A DNA stretch of 38,843 bases from positions 1 to 38,843 of the forward strand of contig JBEKVQ010000005.1 of assembly GCA_049997815.1 (NCBI GenBank), given 5' to 3'. Positions 1 to 7,815 of the stretch are shown here, piece after piece. The stretch comes from Minisyncoccia bacterium (GTDB lineage Bacteria; Patescibacteriota; Minisyncoccia; UBA6257; GWB1-50-10). The position numbers and the translations under genes were made by a program. A model generated the notes under the pieces. It did no database searches, had not been told where the DNA came from, and saw only the letters and a program-made list of their open reading frames with translations. How positions within the stretch are numbered: position 1 is the first letter of the stretch; the number at the start of each line of letters is the position of its first letter.

Positions 1-2
1 CG

Positions 3-227
3 GAACACAAGATCAGACATCTTCTTAGTATCTACGGCAGGATGTACATTCAGGAATTCATTCCGCCGCTCTTAAGAGGGGATGGATACGTAGTCTATCG
101 ACTTATCTTGACCTTCAACCCGTCTCAGAAATGTTTCGAGCCGCTGGGTGGTTACTGGGTTGGAAGAAGAAATTTCAAAATTCACGGTACTCCCGACAGC
201 GTATTCGGACCACTCGTTCTGGCGTGA
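3..227 (+). CDS. C-terminal part of a hypothetical protein (possibly ATP-grasp-like), truncated by the window start
   Basis: Frame is open from base 3 (EHKIRHLLSIYGRMYIQEFIPP...) to TGA at 225-227. YIQEFIPP resembles an ATP-grasp motif. Followed by a terminator. Confidence 0.55.
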   Translation, partial: EHKIRHLLSIYGRMYIQEFIPPLLRGDGYVVYRLILTFNPSQKCFEPLGGYWVGRRNFKIHGTPDSVFGPLVLA

Positions 228-251
228 AAACATCGCGCCACGGGCGAATCC

Positions 252-290
252 AAGGGCAAACGTACAACCAAACGTTTGCCCTTTTTATTT
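252..290 (+). terminator. Rho-independent terminator
   Basis: AAGGGCAAACGT-8 nt loop-ACGTTTGCCCTT followed by a T-rich tract. Confidence 0.75.
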
Positions 291-333
291 AACTGTTGCA
301 CTCAATCTTCTTTTATTATATTTTGTAACCAAG

Positions 334-405
334 GGGCGTTTAGTTCAGTGGTAGAACGTTGCATTCACATTGCAAAGATCGCTGGTTCGATCCCAGCAAC
401 GCCCA
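334..405 (+). tRNA. tRNA-Val(CAC)
   Basis: Acceptor stem GGGCGTT/AACGCCC, D arm GTTC/GAAC, anticodon stem TTGCA/TGCAA with loop TT-CAC-AT, T arm GCTGG-TTCGATC-CCAGC. CCA not encoded. Confidence 0.97.
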
Positions 406-574
406 CAAACAAAAGAAGCTGGATAATATGCCAGATTCTTTTGTTTTATGGTGTCGGGGTCGAACCACGGAGAGGGGTCGGGAGAACACGCTCACGGTTT
501 CCCGTGTAGGAAAATAGCGAAGCGTTAGAAACCGAGGGTTTCTAAGGAGCGAAGCGACGTTCGATTCCCAGCAA
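385..574 (+). mobile_element. Putative ~174-bp non-coding mini-element integrated in the tRNA-Val 3' end
   Basis: GTTCGATCCCAGCAA (385-399) recurs as GTTCGATTCCCAGCAA (559-574). An inverted target-like copy lies at 452-466. Core 467-558 is homologous to the minus strand of 28026-28119. Confidence 0.7.
407..446 (+). terminator. Hairpin/terminator directly after tRNA-Val
   Basis: AAACAAAAGAA.CTGG-loop-CCAG.TTCTTTTGTTT. Confidence 0.6.
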
Positions 575-592
575 TGTTGCTATAATAAATCG

Positions 593-1057
593 ATGAAGCC
601 AAACTACATAATTATCCCCGTCATAACGATTCTCACCGCCGCAATCGGGAGCTGGCTTACGAGCGGGGGAATGAACTGGTATAAAACCGTCAATTTTCCA
701 TCCTGGACGCCGCCCGGCTCGGTTATCGGTTTAGTCTGGACCGTCATATTCATCTTGAGCGCGATTTCGGCGCTCATGGTCTGGAATCAAGCCGCTCACG
801 ATAACCGCCTCTGGTGGATTGCCGCCATATTCATTGCGAACGCTGTTTTAAACATTCTCTGGAGCTATTTATTCTTTAACCGGCACCTCATCGGTCCGGC
901 TGTCTGGGAGGCCGGTCTTCTAGGAATATCCGTCATCGCTTTGACCGTTCTGATATGGCCCATCTCCCGGCTCGCTTCGGTTTTTCTCTGGCCCTACGCC
1001 AGCTGGGTGATCTTCGCCACATACCTAACATATTCGGTCTGGTTCTTAAATCACTAA
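593..1057 (+). CDS. tspO: TspO/MBR family tryptophan-rich sensory protein
   Basis: WY..(V)..PSWTPP, VWT, LNILWSYLFF and PYASWVIFATYL motifs; five hydrophobic segments. Confidence 0.92.
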   Translation: MKPNYIIIPVITILTAAIGSWLTSGGMNWYKTVNFPSWTPPGSVIGLVWTVIFILSAISALMVWNQAAHDNRLWWIAAIFIANAVLNILWSYLFFNRHLIGPAVWEAGLLGISVIALTVLIWPISRLASVFLWPYASWVIFATYLTYSVWFLNH

Positions 1058-1089
1058 AACAATCGGGTTAATCTGCTACAATATTAGTC

Positions 1090-1647
1090 ATGCAAAATTT
1101 CGTTCCGAAAAAGATGTTCTTCACGAAAGGCGTGGGACGGCATAAGGAATATCTCCAATCGTTCGAGATGGCTCTCCGCGACGCAGGCATCCAGGAATAT
1201 AATCTGGTGCACGTAAGTTCCATCTTCCCGCCGAACTGCAAGCGCGTCTCGAGAGAGGAGGGAAAGAAATCGCTTGCACCCGGGCAAGTGGTTTTTTGCG
1301 TGATGGCTCGCGAAGCGACGAATGAACCCAACCGGCTCGTGGCCGCTTCGATCGGCTTGGCCCAACCGGCGGATTCCACCAATTACGGATATCTTTCCGA
1401 GCATCACAGCTTCGGCGAAACCGACAATAAGTGCGGGGAATATGCCGAGGACTTGGCCGCCACAATGCTCGCCACCACTTTGGGAGTGGAGTTCGATTCG
1501 GCCGCCGCCTGGGACGAACGAGAACAGGTCTATAAATCCTCCGGTAAAATAATCCGCACTACGAACATTACCCAGTCCGCGGAAGGGGACAAGAACGGGC
1601 TCTGGACGACCGTGGTCGCCGCCGCCGTCTTGGTGTCAGAGGACTGA
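1090..1647 (+). CDS. pdaD: Pyruvoyl-dependent arginine decarboxylase
   Basis: [23 protein letters not shown] (Ser-Ser self-cleavage site), YGYLSEHH, C-terminal WTTVVAAAV. Confidence 0.93.
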   Translation: MQNFVPKKMFFTKGVGRHKEYLQSFEMALRDAGIQEYNLVHVSSIFPPNCKRVSREEGKKSLAPGQVVFCVMAREATNEPNRLVAASIGLAQPADSTNYGYLSEHHSFGETDNKCGEYAEDLAATMLATTLGVEFDSAAAWDEREQVYKSSGKIIRTTNITQSAEGDKNGLWTTVVAAAVLVSED

Positions 1648-1653
1648 TTTCCG

Positions 1654-2235
1654 ATGAACATCTCGCGCGAAGATGCTTGGAAACTTTTGACGGAACATGT
1701 GCAAACGGAAAGTTTGCGCCGACATTGCTTGGCCGTTGAAGCCGCAATGCGCGCCTACGCGAAGAAATACGGCGAGGAAGAAGAACTCTGGGGGATCTGC
1801 GGATTGATTCACGACTTTGACTACGAAGAATTCCCTTTCTATAAAAACGAGCACGATTTAAACATTGCCGAAGGCCACCCCTTTAACGGCATAAAGATAC
1901 TGAAAGAGAAGAACTATCCGCCGGAAATCATCGAAGCGATACTGGGTCACGCGACTTATTCCGGCGTGCCGAGAAAAACACAGATGGCGAAATGTCTCTA
2001 TGCCGTGGACGAACTCTGCGGATTCGTAATGGCGCTCGCGCACATTCGGCCTGACAAACTGAGCGGGATGACGACGGAGTCGGTTGAGAGAAATCTGAAG
2101 AAAAAAGGATTCGCCGCAAAGATAGATAGGGGAGAAATTGAAAGGGGAACATCCGAACTTGGCGCGGACAGAGCCGAGCACATTAATCTCGTCATCGGAG
2201 CACTTCAGGCAATCTCCAAAGAACTAGGGTTCTGA
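1654..2235 (+). CDS. HD/HDIG-domain metal-dependent phosphohydrolase
   Basis: LRRHCLAVEAAM, GLIHDFDYE, AILGH and AVDELCG motifs. Confidence 0.88.
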   Translation: MNISREDAWKLLTEHVQTESLRRHCLAVEAAMRAYAKKYGEEEELWGICGLIHDFDYEEFPFYKNEHDLNIAEGHPFNGIKILKEKNYPPEIIEAILGHATYSGVPRKTQMAKCLYAVDELCGFVMALAHIRPDKLSGMTTESVERNLKKKGFAAKIDRGEIERGTSELGADRAEHINLVIGALQAISKELGF

Positions 2236-2236
2236 C

Positions 2237-2659
2237 ATGAAAAACTTAGGTATCTCTAAAGAGAACAAGGGTCGTGGAGTCGGCGTTATCTTAAGAGATA
2301 AAAAAATCCTTTTGATGCACCGCATTAAAGACGGCGAAGAGTATTTCACATTTCCGGGGGGCGGCATTGAAAATATTGAGACACCGGAAGAAACGGCGAA
2401 AAGAGAAGTAGAGGAAGAATTTTCTCTAAAAGTAATCAAGTGCAAGTTTCTTTTTGATATATTCAATAGGACCGGCAAGGAATATTATTTCCTCATAGAA
2501 GATTTTAACGGCGAACCGCAAATCGGCGGCCCTGAAAGACAAAGAATGAGCGAAAATAATTTTTATGAAGCCAAGTGGTTTAATCTTGAGGAAGGACTCA
2601 ATTTGAAGAATCTGTTCCCCGAAGAAGCGAGAAACAAATTAAAAGAACTGATCCTGTGA
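2237..2659 (+). CDS. NUDIX hydrolase
   Basis: Nudix box FPGGGIENIETPEETAKREVEEE. Confidence 0.9.
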   Translation: MKNLGISKENKGRGVGVILRDKKILLMHRIKDGEEYFTFPGGGIENIETPEETAKREVEEEFSLKVIKCKFLFDIFNRTGKEYYFLIEDFNGEPQIGGPERQRMSENNFYEAKWFNLEEGLNLKNLFPEEARNKLKELIL

Positions 2660-2781
2660 TCCCAGGAAGAAAAATAAAGTGGGGAATAGCCGTTTTTCGT
2701 ATCACAACGCAATGGCGTTTCAAGTGTGGATAACTAGCCAAAATAACCTTCAAAAAACATAGATAGAATCTAGCCATACCT

Positions 2782-2813
2782 AAACGAAGCGCTCCATAGG
2801 GGCGTTTTTGTTT
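2782..2813 (+). terminator. Probable terminator hairpin upstream of the dcw promoter
   Basis: AAGCGCTCC-ATA-GGGGCGTTT followed by a T-rich tail. Confidence 0.5.
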
Positions 2814-2824
2814 GGTAGGGAGGA

Positions 2825-2874
2825 TGATATAATTGTGTATGTAAGTGGGGGAAAGTGGATAACTATGGGGATAA
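2825..2874 (+). promoter_or_regulatory. mraZ/dcw promoter (extended -10) with MraZ-type direct repeats
   Basis: TGATATAAT at 2825-2833. (G/A)TGG units at 2845, 2855 and 2865 have 10-bp periodicity, as known for MraZ operators. Confidence 0.7.
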
Positions 2875-2896
2875 CCCCTAAATCTGGGGAAAACTA

Positions 2897-3328
2897 ATGA
2901 TTTTAGGAGAATACAAACATAGTTTAGACACTAAAGGCCGATTGGCGGTACCGGCTAAATTCCGAGAGAAACTCGGCGCCGGCGCCATCATTACCCGCGG
3001 CCTCGATAAGTGTCTTTTTATTTTCGGCGCGAACGAGTGGGAAGTTCTGGTTCAGAAACTCATGAATCTTCCGCTTGCCCAGGCGAATTCGAGAGCCTTC
3101 GTTCGATTGATGCTCGCAGGCGCAAGCGATGCGAAAGTGGACGCGCAGGGTCGCATATTGGTTCCGGATTATTTAAGAAAATACGCCGGATTGAAGAAGC
3201 AAGCGGTCGTCACGGGGCTCTACAATCGCATGGAGGTCTGGGACGAGGAAGAGTGGCAGGCCTACAAGCAGAAAACGGAGGCTTCATCCGATGAAATAGC
3301 GGAAAAATTGGGAGAATTGGGAATTTAA
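2897..3328 (+). CDS. mraZ: Division/cell wall cluster transcriptional repressor MraZ
   Basis: GEYKHSLDTKGRLAVPAKFR and DAQGRILVP repeats; first gene of the dcw cluster. Confidence 0.98.
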   Translation: MILGEYKHSLDTKGRLAVPAKFREKLGAGAIITRGLDKCLFIFGANEWEVLVQKLMNLPLAQANSRAFVRLMLAGASDAKVDAQGRILVPDYLRKYAGLKKQAVVTGLYNRMEVWDEEEWQAYKQKTEASSDEIAEKLGELGI

Positions 3329-3329
3329 A

Positions 3330-4220
3330 ATGCCCCACATCCCCGTTCTTTTAAAAGAGGTTGTGAAAGTGCTGGATCCGCATCCGGGAGAATTCATGAT
3401 AGACGGCACGCTCGGCAGCGGCGGACACGCGAAAGCGCTTTTGGAAAAAATGGGTTCGCGCGGAATGCTTCTCGGATTGGATTGGGATGAAAAGAATCTT
3501 GAAAGCTTTCGGAGAAATAATGAGGGAATGAAGGGAGGCCTTACTCTCGTTCATGAGAATTATGCGAACTTGCCCGAGATACTGGAGAAGCACCGGCTTT
3601 CCAAAGCCGATGGTTTGCTTCTGGATCTGGGATTCTCGAACGAACAATTGGAACACTCCGGCCGAGGATTCAGCTTCTTGAAGAATGAACCGCTCGATAT
3701 GCGCTACGATGCCGAAGACGAAGAAAGGCCGACGGCGGCAAGCATCATAAGCAGCCTATCCGAAAAAGAACTGGCCGACATCATCTATGAATACGGCGAA
3801 GAAAGATTTTCCCGGCAGATAGCCAAAAAGATAATCGAGCGCCGGAGGCGGGGAAGAATAACGACGACGGAAGAATTGGCTAACGTCATCCGAAGCGCGG
3901 TCCCGAAGAACTACGAGCACGGCCGCATCCATCCCGCGACGAGAACGTTTCAGGCACTCCGGATACACGTGAACAACGAGCTCGGCAATCTTAAGACCAT
4001 CCTCGGGAAACTGCCGGAGATAATGGACAAGGGCGGCCGGGTCGCCATCATCTCGTTCCATTCTCTCGAAGACCGGCTGGTGAAGATAAACTTTCAAAAC
4101 CTCGTCAAAGACAAAAAGGCTTCGTTTATAAACAAGAAACCGATAACGGCAGGCCGGGAAGAAGCAAAAAACAATCCCAAAAGTCGCTCGGCGAAGCTCC
4201 GAGCAATAAAAATAATTTAA
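3330..4220 (+). CDS. rsmH: 16S rRNA m4C1402 methyltransferase RsmH
   Basis: HIPVLL, DGTLGSGGHA, PLDMR, HPATRTFQALRI, ISFHSLEDR and SRSAKLR motifs. Confidence 0.98.
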   Translation: MPHIPVLLKEVVKVLDPHPGEFMIDGTLGSGGHAKALLEKMGSRGMLLGLDWDEKNLESFRRNNEGMKGGLTLVHENYANLPEILEKHRLSKADGLLLDLGFSNEQLEHSGRGFSFLKNEPLDMRYDAEDEERPTAASIISSLSEKELADIIYEYGEERFSRQIAKKIIERRRRGRITTTEELANVIRSAVPKNYEHGRIHPATRTFQALRIHVNNELGNLKTILGKLPEIMDKGGRVAIISFHSLEDRLVKINFQNLVKDKKASFINKKPITAGREEAKNNPKSRSAKLRAIKII

Positions 4221-4222
4221 CA

Positions 4223-4540
4223 ATGACCATAATCAGACCCATACAAACGAAAAACGGATTCCGATTCCTGTTCCTGTTCTTTTTGACCATATTCGTAAGT
4301 GGAATCTTCTACGTTTTGGAGTATAATTCATTCGTGAGCGCCCGTTACCAGGTGAATTCGCTCAAGAAACAGCTCGCGGACGTAAGCGCGACGAACACGG
4401 ATTTGAAGAGCCAGCTTTATAAGATGACCGACCCCGTGCAACTGCAAACGCTCGCCGCAAAGTACAATCTCACCCTGGAACGGAAACCGCAATATTTGAA
4501 CCAAAACCAATGGGTGTCCGTTTCCTCCTACTCACAATAG
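4223..4540 (+). CDS. ftsL: Cell division protein FtsL-like
   Basis: Single TM followed by a coiled coil; located between rsmH and the PBP gene. Confidence 0.65.
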   Translation: MTIIRPIQTKNGFRFLFLFFLTIFVSGIFYVLEYNSFVSARYQVNSLKKQLADVSATNTDLKSQLYKMTDPVQLQTLAAKYNLTLERKPQYLNQNQWVSVSSYSQ

Positions 4541-6123
4541 CTTTCGGCATTCTATTCGGGCTCCTTGGCCTGAATATCTACAGTCTTCAAATACAAAAAG
4601 GGGGGTATTACGTGAACAAAGTCCAAGCGAGGGACGAGGCCTTGGCCCAACTGCAACTGCGGCGAGGCCAGATTTTTTTTAACGATAAATACGGAAATAA
4701 CATAACGGTAGCCCTAAATAAGGATTATCCGGTCATTTATGGAGTGCCCAAGGAGGCGGCGGACCCGCAGAAAACGGCGGAAACTCTTTCGCCTATTTTG
4801 AACAAGCCGGTCCAGGAATTGAAAGACGATCTCGACGACCCGACAAGCCTGTTCCATATGGTCGACGAAAAAGTCTCCCAGGAAGAATTGGATGCGGTTC
4901 AGGCGCTTAATCTGCCTGGAATTTACGAAAGCACCAAGCAATATCGATTTTATCCATTCGAGAACTTGGGAGCTCAGCTTCTGGGTTTCGTTGGGTTGAA
5001 CAAGGACACGAGTGCCCCGAAGGGCCTTTATGGCACGGAAAAAAATTACGATGCCCCGCTCGCGGACGGGCATGATATAGCTCTTACGATAGACAGAAAT
5101 CTCCAAGCCCAGGCCGAGCAGATGATTGAAAAGCTTGTGAACGACCACCAGGCGGAGAGCGGGAACGTCATAATCGAAGAACCGAAGACGGGAAAAATCC
5201 TCGCCATCGCCGATTACCCGAATTTCGACCCAAACAACTATAAAAACTATCCGATAAAGGATTTCATAAACTCGGCGGTGCAACTGGTCTACGAACCCGG
5301 CTCGGTCTTCAAGCCCATCACCATGGCGGCGGGAATAGATGCGGGCATCATAACGCCTACGTCCACTTACACCGATTACGGCCACGTTACCATAAACGGA
5401 AAGACCATCACCAACTGGGACCACAAGGCCTACGGACCGAATACCACAATAACCCAGGTCATCGAACGCTCCATCAACACTGGAGCGGTCTTCGCCGAAC
5501 AGAAGATAGGTCGGCCTACTTTCTTGAGTTATCTGAAACTCTTCGGCTTGGGCGTCAAAACCGGCATTGATTTACCGGATGAAGTCACGGGCAGTTTGGC
5601 AAATTTGGAGCGGAAGGGTGCTCAAGACATCGATTACGCCACGGCTGCCTACGGTCAAGGCACTTCGGTCACGCCGCTTCAGATGATAAACGCTTTCTCG
5701 GTCTTCGCGAACGGCGGGTTGCTTATGAGGCCCTACATCAATGCCGATTCGGAACCCTTTGTCGTACGCCGGGTAATAAGCGAGGACACGGCCAAAAAGG
5801 TGATAGAAATGATGCGGTCGGCAGTGGAAAAAGGAGGGGTCGCGACCATCCCGCAATTCAACGTGGCGGGCAAAACCGGCACGGCTTTCATTCCGGATTT
5901 CGTGCACGGCGGATATCTGCCGGACGATTACATCCATACCTTTATAGGGATGGCGCCGTCCACGAATCCCCAGTTCGTGATAATGATAAAGCTCGAAAAG
6001 CCGGAGGTGGGCAAGGAATTGGCGGCACTCACCGTGGTCCCGGCCTTTCAGCAATTGGCCGCCTTCGCTTTGAATTATCTGAATATAACTCCAGATAATA
6101 TCCAAACGCCGAGCAGCAAATAA
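4510..6123 (+). CDS. ftsI: Class B penicillin-binding protein (FtsI/PBP3-like transpeptidase)
   Basis: N-terminal TM, RGQIF, YEPGSVFK (SxxK), SIN (SxN) and GKTGT motifs; dcw position. Confidence 0.9.
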   Translation: MGVRFLLLTIAFGILFGLLGLNIYSLQIQKGGYYVNKVQARDEALAQLQLRRGQIFFNDKYGNNITVALNKDYPVIYGVPKEAADPQKTAETLSPILNKPVQELKDDLDDPTSLFHMVDEKVSQEELDAVQALNLPGIYESTKQYRFYPFENLGAQLLGFVGLNKDTSAPKGLYGTEKNYDAPLADGHDIALTIDRNLQAQAEQMIEKLVNDHQAESGNVIIEEPKTGKILAIADYPNFDPNNYKNYPIKDFINSAVQLVYEPGSVFKPITMAAGIDAGIITPTSTYTDYGHVTINGKTITNWDHKAYGPNTTITQVIERSINTGAVFAEQKIGRPTFLSYLKLFGLGVKTGIDLPDEVTGSLANLERKGAQDIDYATAAYGQGTSVTPLQMINAFSVFANGGLLMRPYINADSEPFVVRRVISEDTAKKVIEMMRSAVEKGGVATIPQFNVAGKTGTAFIPDFVHGGYLPDDYIHTFIGMAPSTNPQFVIMIKLEKPEVGKELAALTVVPAFQQLAAFALNYLNITPDNIQTPSSK

Positions 6124-6130
6124 CCACCTC

Positions 6131-7438
6131 ATGAAACAGCTGATCTTAAAAATATTGACGTTGAAACTGCGGCTCATTGCGAAGCTGACGATTCGCCGCT
6201 ATAAACCGAGCATTATCGGCGTAACGGGAAACGTCGGCAAAACTTCCGCGAAGATGGCCATCTACGCGGCCCTTGCGGGCGATCGGAGTGTCCGCGCATC
6301 ATCCAAAAACTTCAATAACGAACTCGGCCTGCCGCTGAATATCATCGGGGATTGGGAAAAAACGGGCGGAGTTTTCTTTTGGCTGAAGGTCGTTGCTTTC
6401 GGCCTCGGGCAGTTGCTCATCAGAAATCCAAAGTACCCCGAGATACTTATCCTTGAATATGGCGTGGACAGGCCCGGCGATATGAACTATCTTCTCGGCG
6501 TGGCTCGGCCCCAAATGGGCGTCATCACGGCGGTGGGAAACGTACCGGTGCACGTGGAATTCTTCAGCGGACCCGACGGTGTGGCGAAAGAAAAATCAAA
6601 ACTCATCGTTCAGTTACCCACGACCGGCTTCGCGATTTTGAATGCCGATGACCCCCTGGTCCTTAAAATGGCGGAAGATACGCGCGGCCGCGTTATAACC
6701 TACGGCTTTTCGGATAAGGCCGACATAAAAATATTAAGCTTCAGTAACCGCTCGGATATCGACACCGGAGAGGCAGGCATTTCATTCAAAATAAACTACA
6801 ACGGGAAAATTGTGCCGCTCAAAATACCGAATGTGCTCGGAAAAACGGCCGCCTATGCTTCAGCCGCAGGCGCCGCCGTGGGACTTATCTTCGGCGTGAA
6901 TCTCGTGAAAATTGCGGAGAATCTCGGCAAAATGGAAACACCCGCTGGCCGGCTTCGGGTAATGCCGAGTATTAAGGGCTCGTTCATCATTGACGACACA
7001 TATAACGCCTCGCCGCTCGCTATGAGGGAGTCGCTTGAAATATTCAAAGGCCTCAAGGCTAAAAGAAAGATTGCCGTACTCGGGGATATGTTGGAAATCG
7101 GGAAATACACCATGGAAGCGCACGAAGAGATAGGAACGCTGGCCGCCAATCGCGTGGACATGCTCCTCACGGTAGGCCTGCGCGGGAAATTCATCGCGGA
7201 AGGCGCACTTAAAAACAAGATGCCCAAGAACGCGGTCTTTACCTTCGACGACATTCACGACGCCGGGCACTTCCTTCAGGAAAAATTAAGAAGCGGAGAC
7301 GTAGTACTTCTGAAGGCCTCGCAGGGCGTGCGGATGGAGAAAGTGGTCAAGGAAATTATGGCCGAACCCCTCCGCGCCGGCGAACTTCTGGTCCGCCAGG
7401 ACAAAACATGGCTTGAAAAACAGGGGATGTACGAGTAA
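6131..7438 (+). CDS. murF: UDP-N-acetylmuramoyl-tripeptide--D-Ala-D-Ala ligase MurF
   Basis: GVTGNVGKTS P-loop, NFNNELGLPL, DDTYNASP, VLGDMLEIG and LLKAS motifs. Confidence 0.95.
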   Translation: MKQLILKILTLKLRLIAKLTIRRYKPSIIGVTGNVGKTSAKMAIYAALAGDRSVRASSKNFNNELGLPLNIIGDWEKTGGVFFWLKVVAFGLGQLLIRNPKYPEILILEYGVDRPGDMNYLLGVARPQMGVITAVGNVPVHVEFFSGPDGVAKEKSKLIVQLPTTGFAILNADDPLVLKMAEDTRGRVITYGFSDKADIKILSFSNRSDIDTGEAGISFKINYNGKIVPLKIPNVLGKTAAYASAAGAAVGLIFGVNLVKIAENLGKMETPAGRLRVMPSIKGSFIIDDTYNASPLAMRESLEIFKGLKAKRKIAVLGDMLEIGKYTMEAHEEIGTLAANRVDMLLTVGLRGKFIAEGALKNKMPKNAVFTFDDIHDAGHFLQEKLRSGDVVLLKASQGVRMEKVVKEIMAEPLRAGELLVRQDKTWLEKQGMYE

Positions 7439-7469
7439 GGTAGTTATAAGTTACAGGTCATTTGCATAT

Positions 7470-7541
7470 GGCGCTTTCGTCTAGTGGCTAGGACACGACG
7501 TTCTCAACGTCGGAACATGGGTTCAATTCCCGTAAGCGCTA
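7470..7541 (+). tRNA. tRNA-Glu(CTC)
   Basis: Acceptor stem GGCGCTT/AAGCGCT, anticodon stem CGACG/CGTCG with loop TT-CTC-AA, T arm ATGGG-TTCAATT-CCCGT. CCA not encoded. Confidence 0.97.
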
Positions 7542-7706
7542 CAAGTATAAAATGCTCACCTTAGGTGGGTATTTTATACTTTATACATCGGGAATTGAAC
7601 GGAACTTTCGCGCCTGCGGGGCAGGATGAAGCGAAAGTCCGTGGCTTCGGAGGAGCTTTTTGCTTTAGCCAAAAAGCGGGGGAGAAGAATTCCCGTAAGC
7701 GCTACA
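7525..7706 (+). mobile_element. Putative ~163-bp non-coding mini-element integrated in the tRNA-Glu 3' end
   Basis: Exact 19-bp direct repeat AATTCCCGTAAGCGCTACA (7525-7543 and 7688-7706). CGGGAATTGAAC (7589-7600) is the exact reverse complement of tRNA 7521-7532. Hairpin-rich core between them. Confidence 0.72.
7543..7581 (+). terminator. Hairpin/terminator directly after tRNA-Glu
   Basis: AAGTATAAAATGCTCACC-TTA-GGTGGGTATTTTATACTT, an 18-bp stem allowing G-U pairs. Confidence 0.65.
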
Positions 7707-7724
7707 CAAATATAAATGGGGGGG

Positions 7725-7756
7725 GCCTACCCGCCGAAGCTTTAGCGAAGTAGGGC
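7725..7756. repeat. REP-like short imperfect palindrome
   Basis: GCCTACCCGCCGAAGCTTTAGCGAAGTAGGGC, with CCTAC/GTAGG ends. Resembles dispersed 'CCGCCGAAGCTTTAGCGAAGG'-type repeats I recall from groundwater bacteria; one copy in this window. Confidence 0.45.
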
Positions 7757-7815
7757 AACTCTCCGTGGGACGTTAGAACTTTTTTCCGGAAGAAAGCCCG
7801 GGAAGAAGACCACGC

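Noticed and set aside
276-509. ORFs across tRNA-Val and after tRNA-Glu (276-509, 148-354, 7565-7753)
   Set aside because: They overlap tRNAs or hairpin-rich non-coding elements and have no protein-like features.
2660-2896. oriC
   Set aside because: Only one perfect DnaA box, no dnaA/dnaN nearby, and the other boxes coincide with MraZ repeats.
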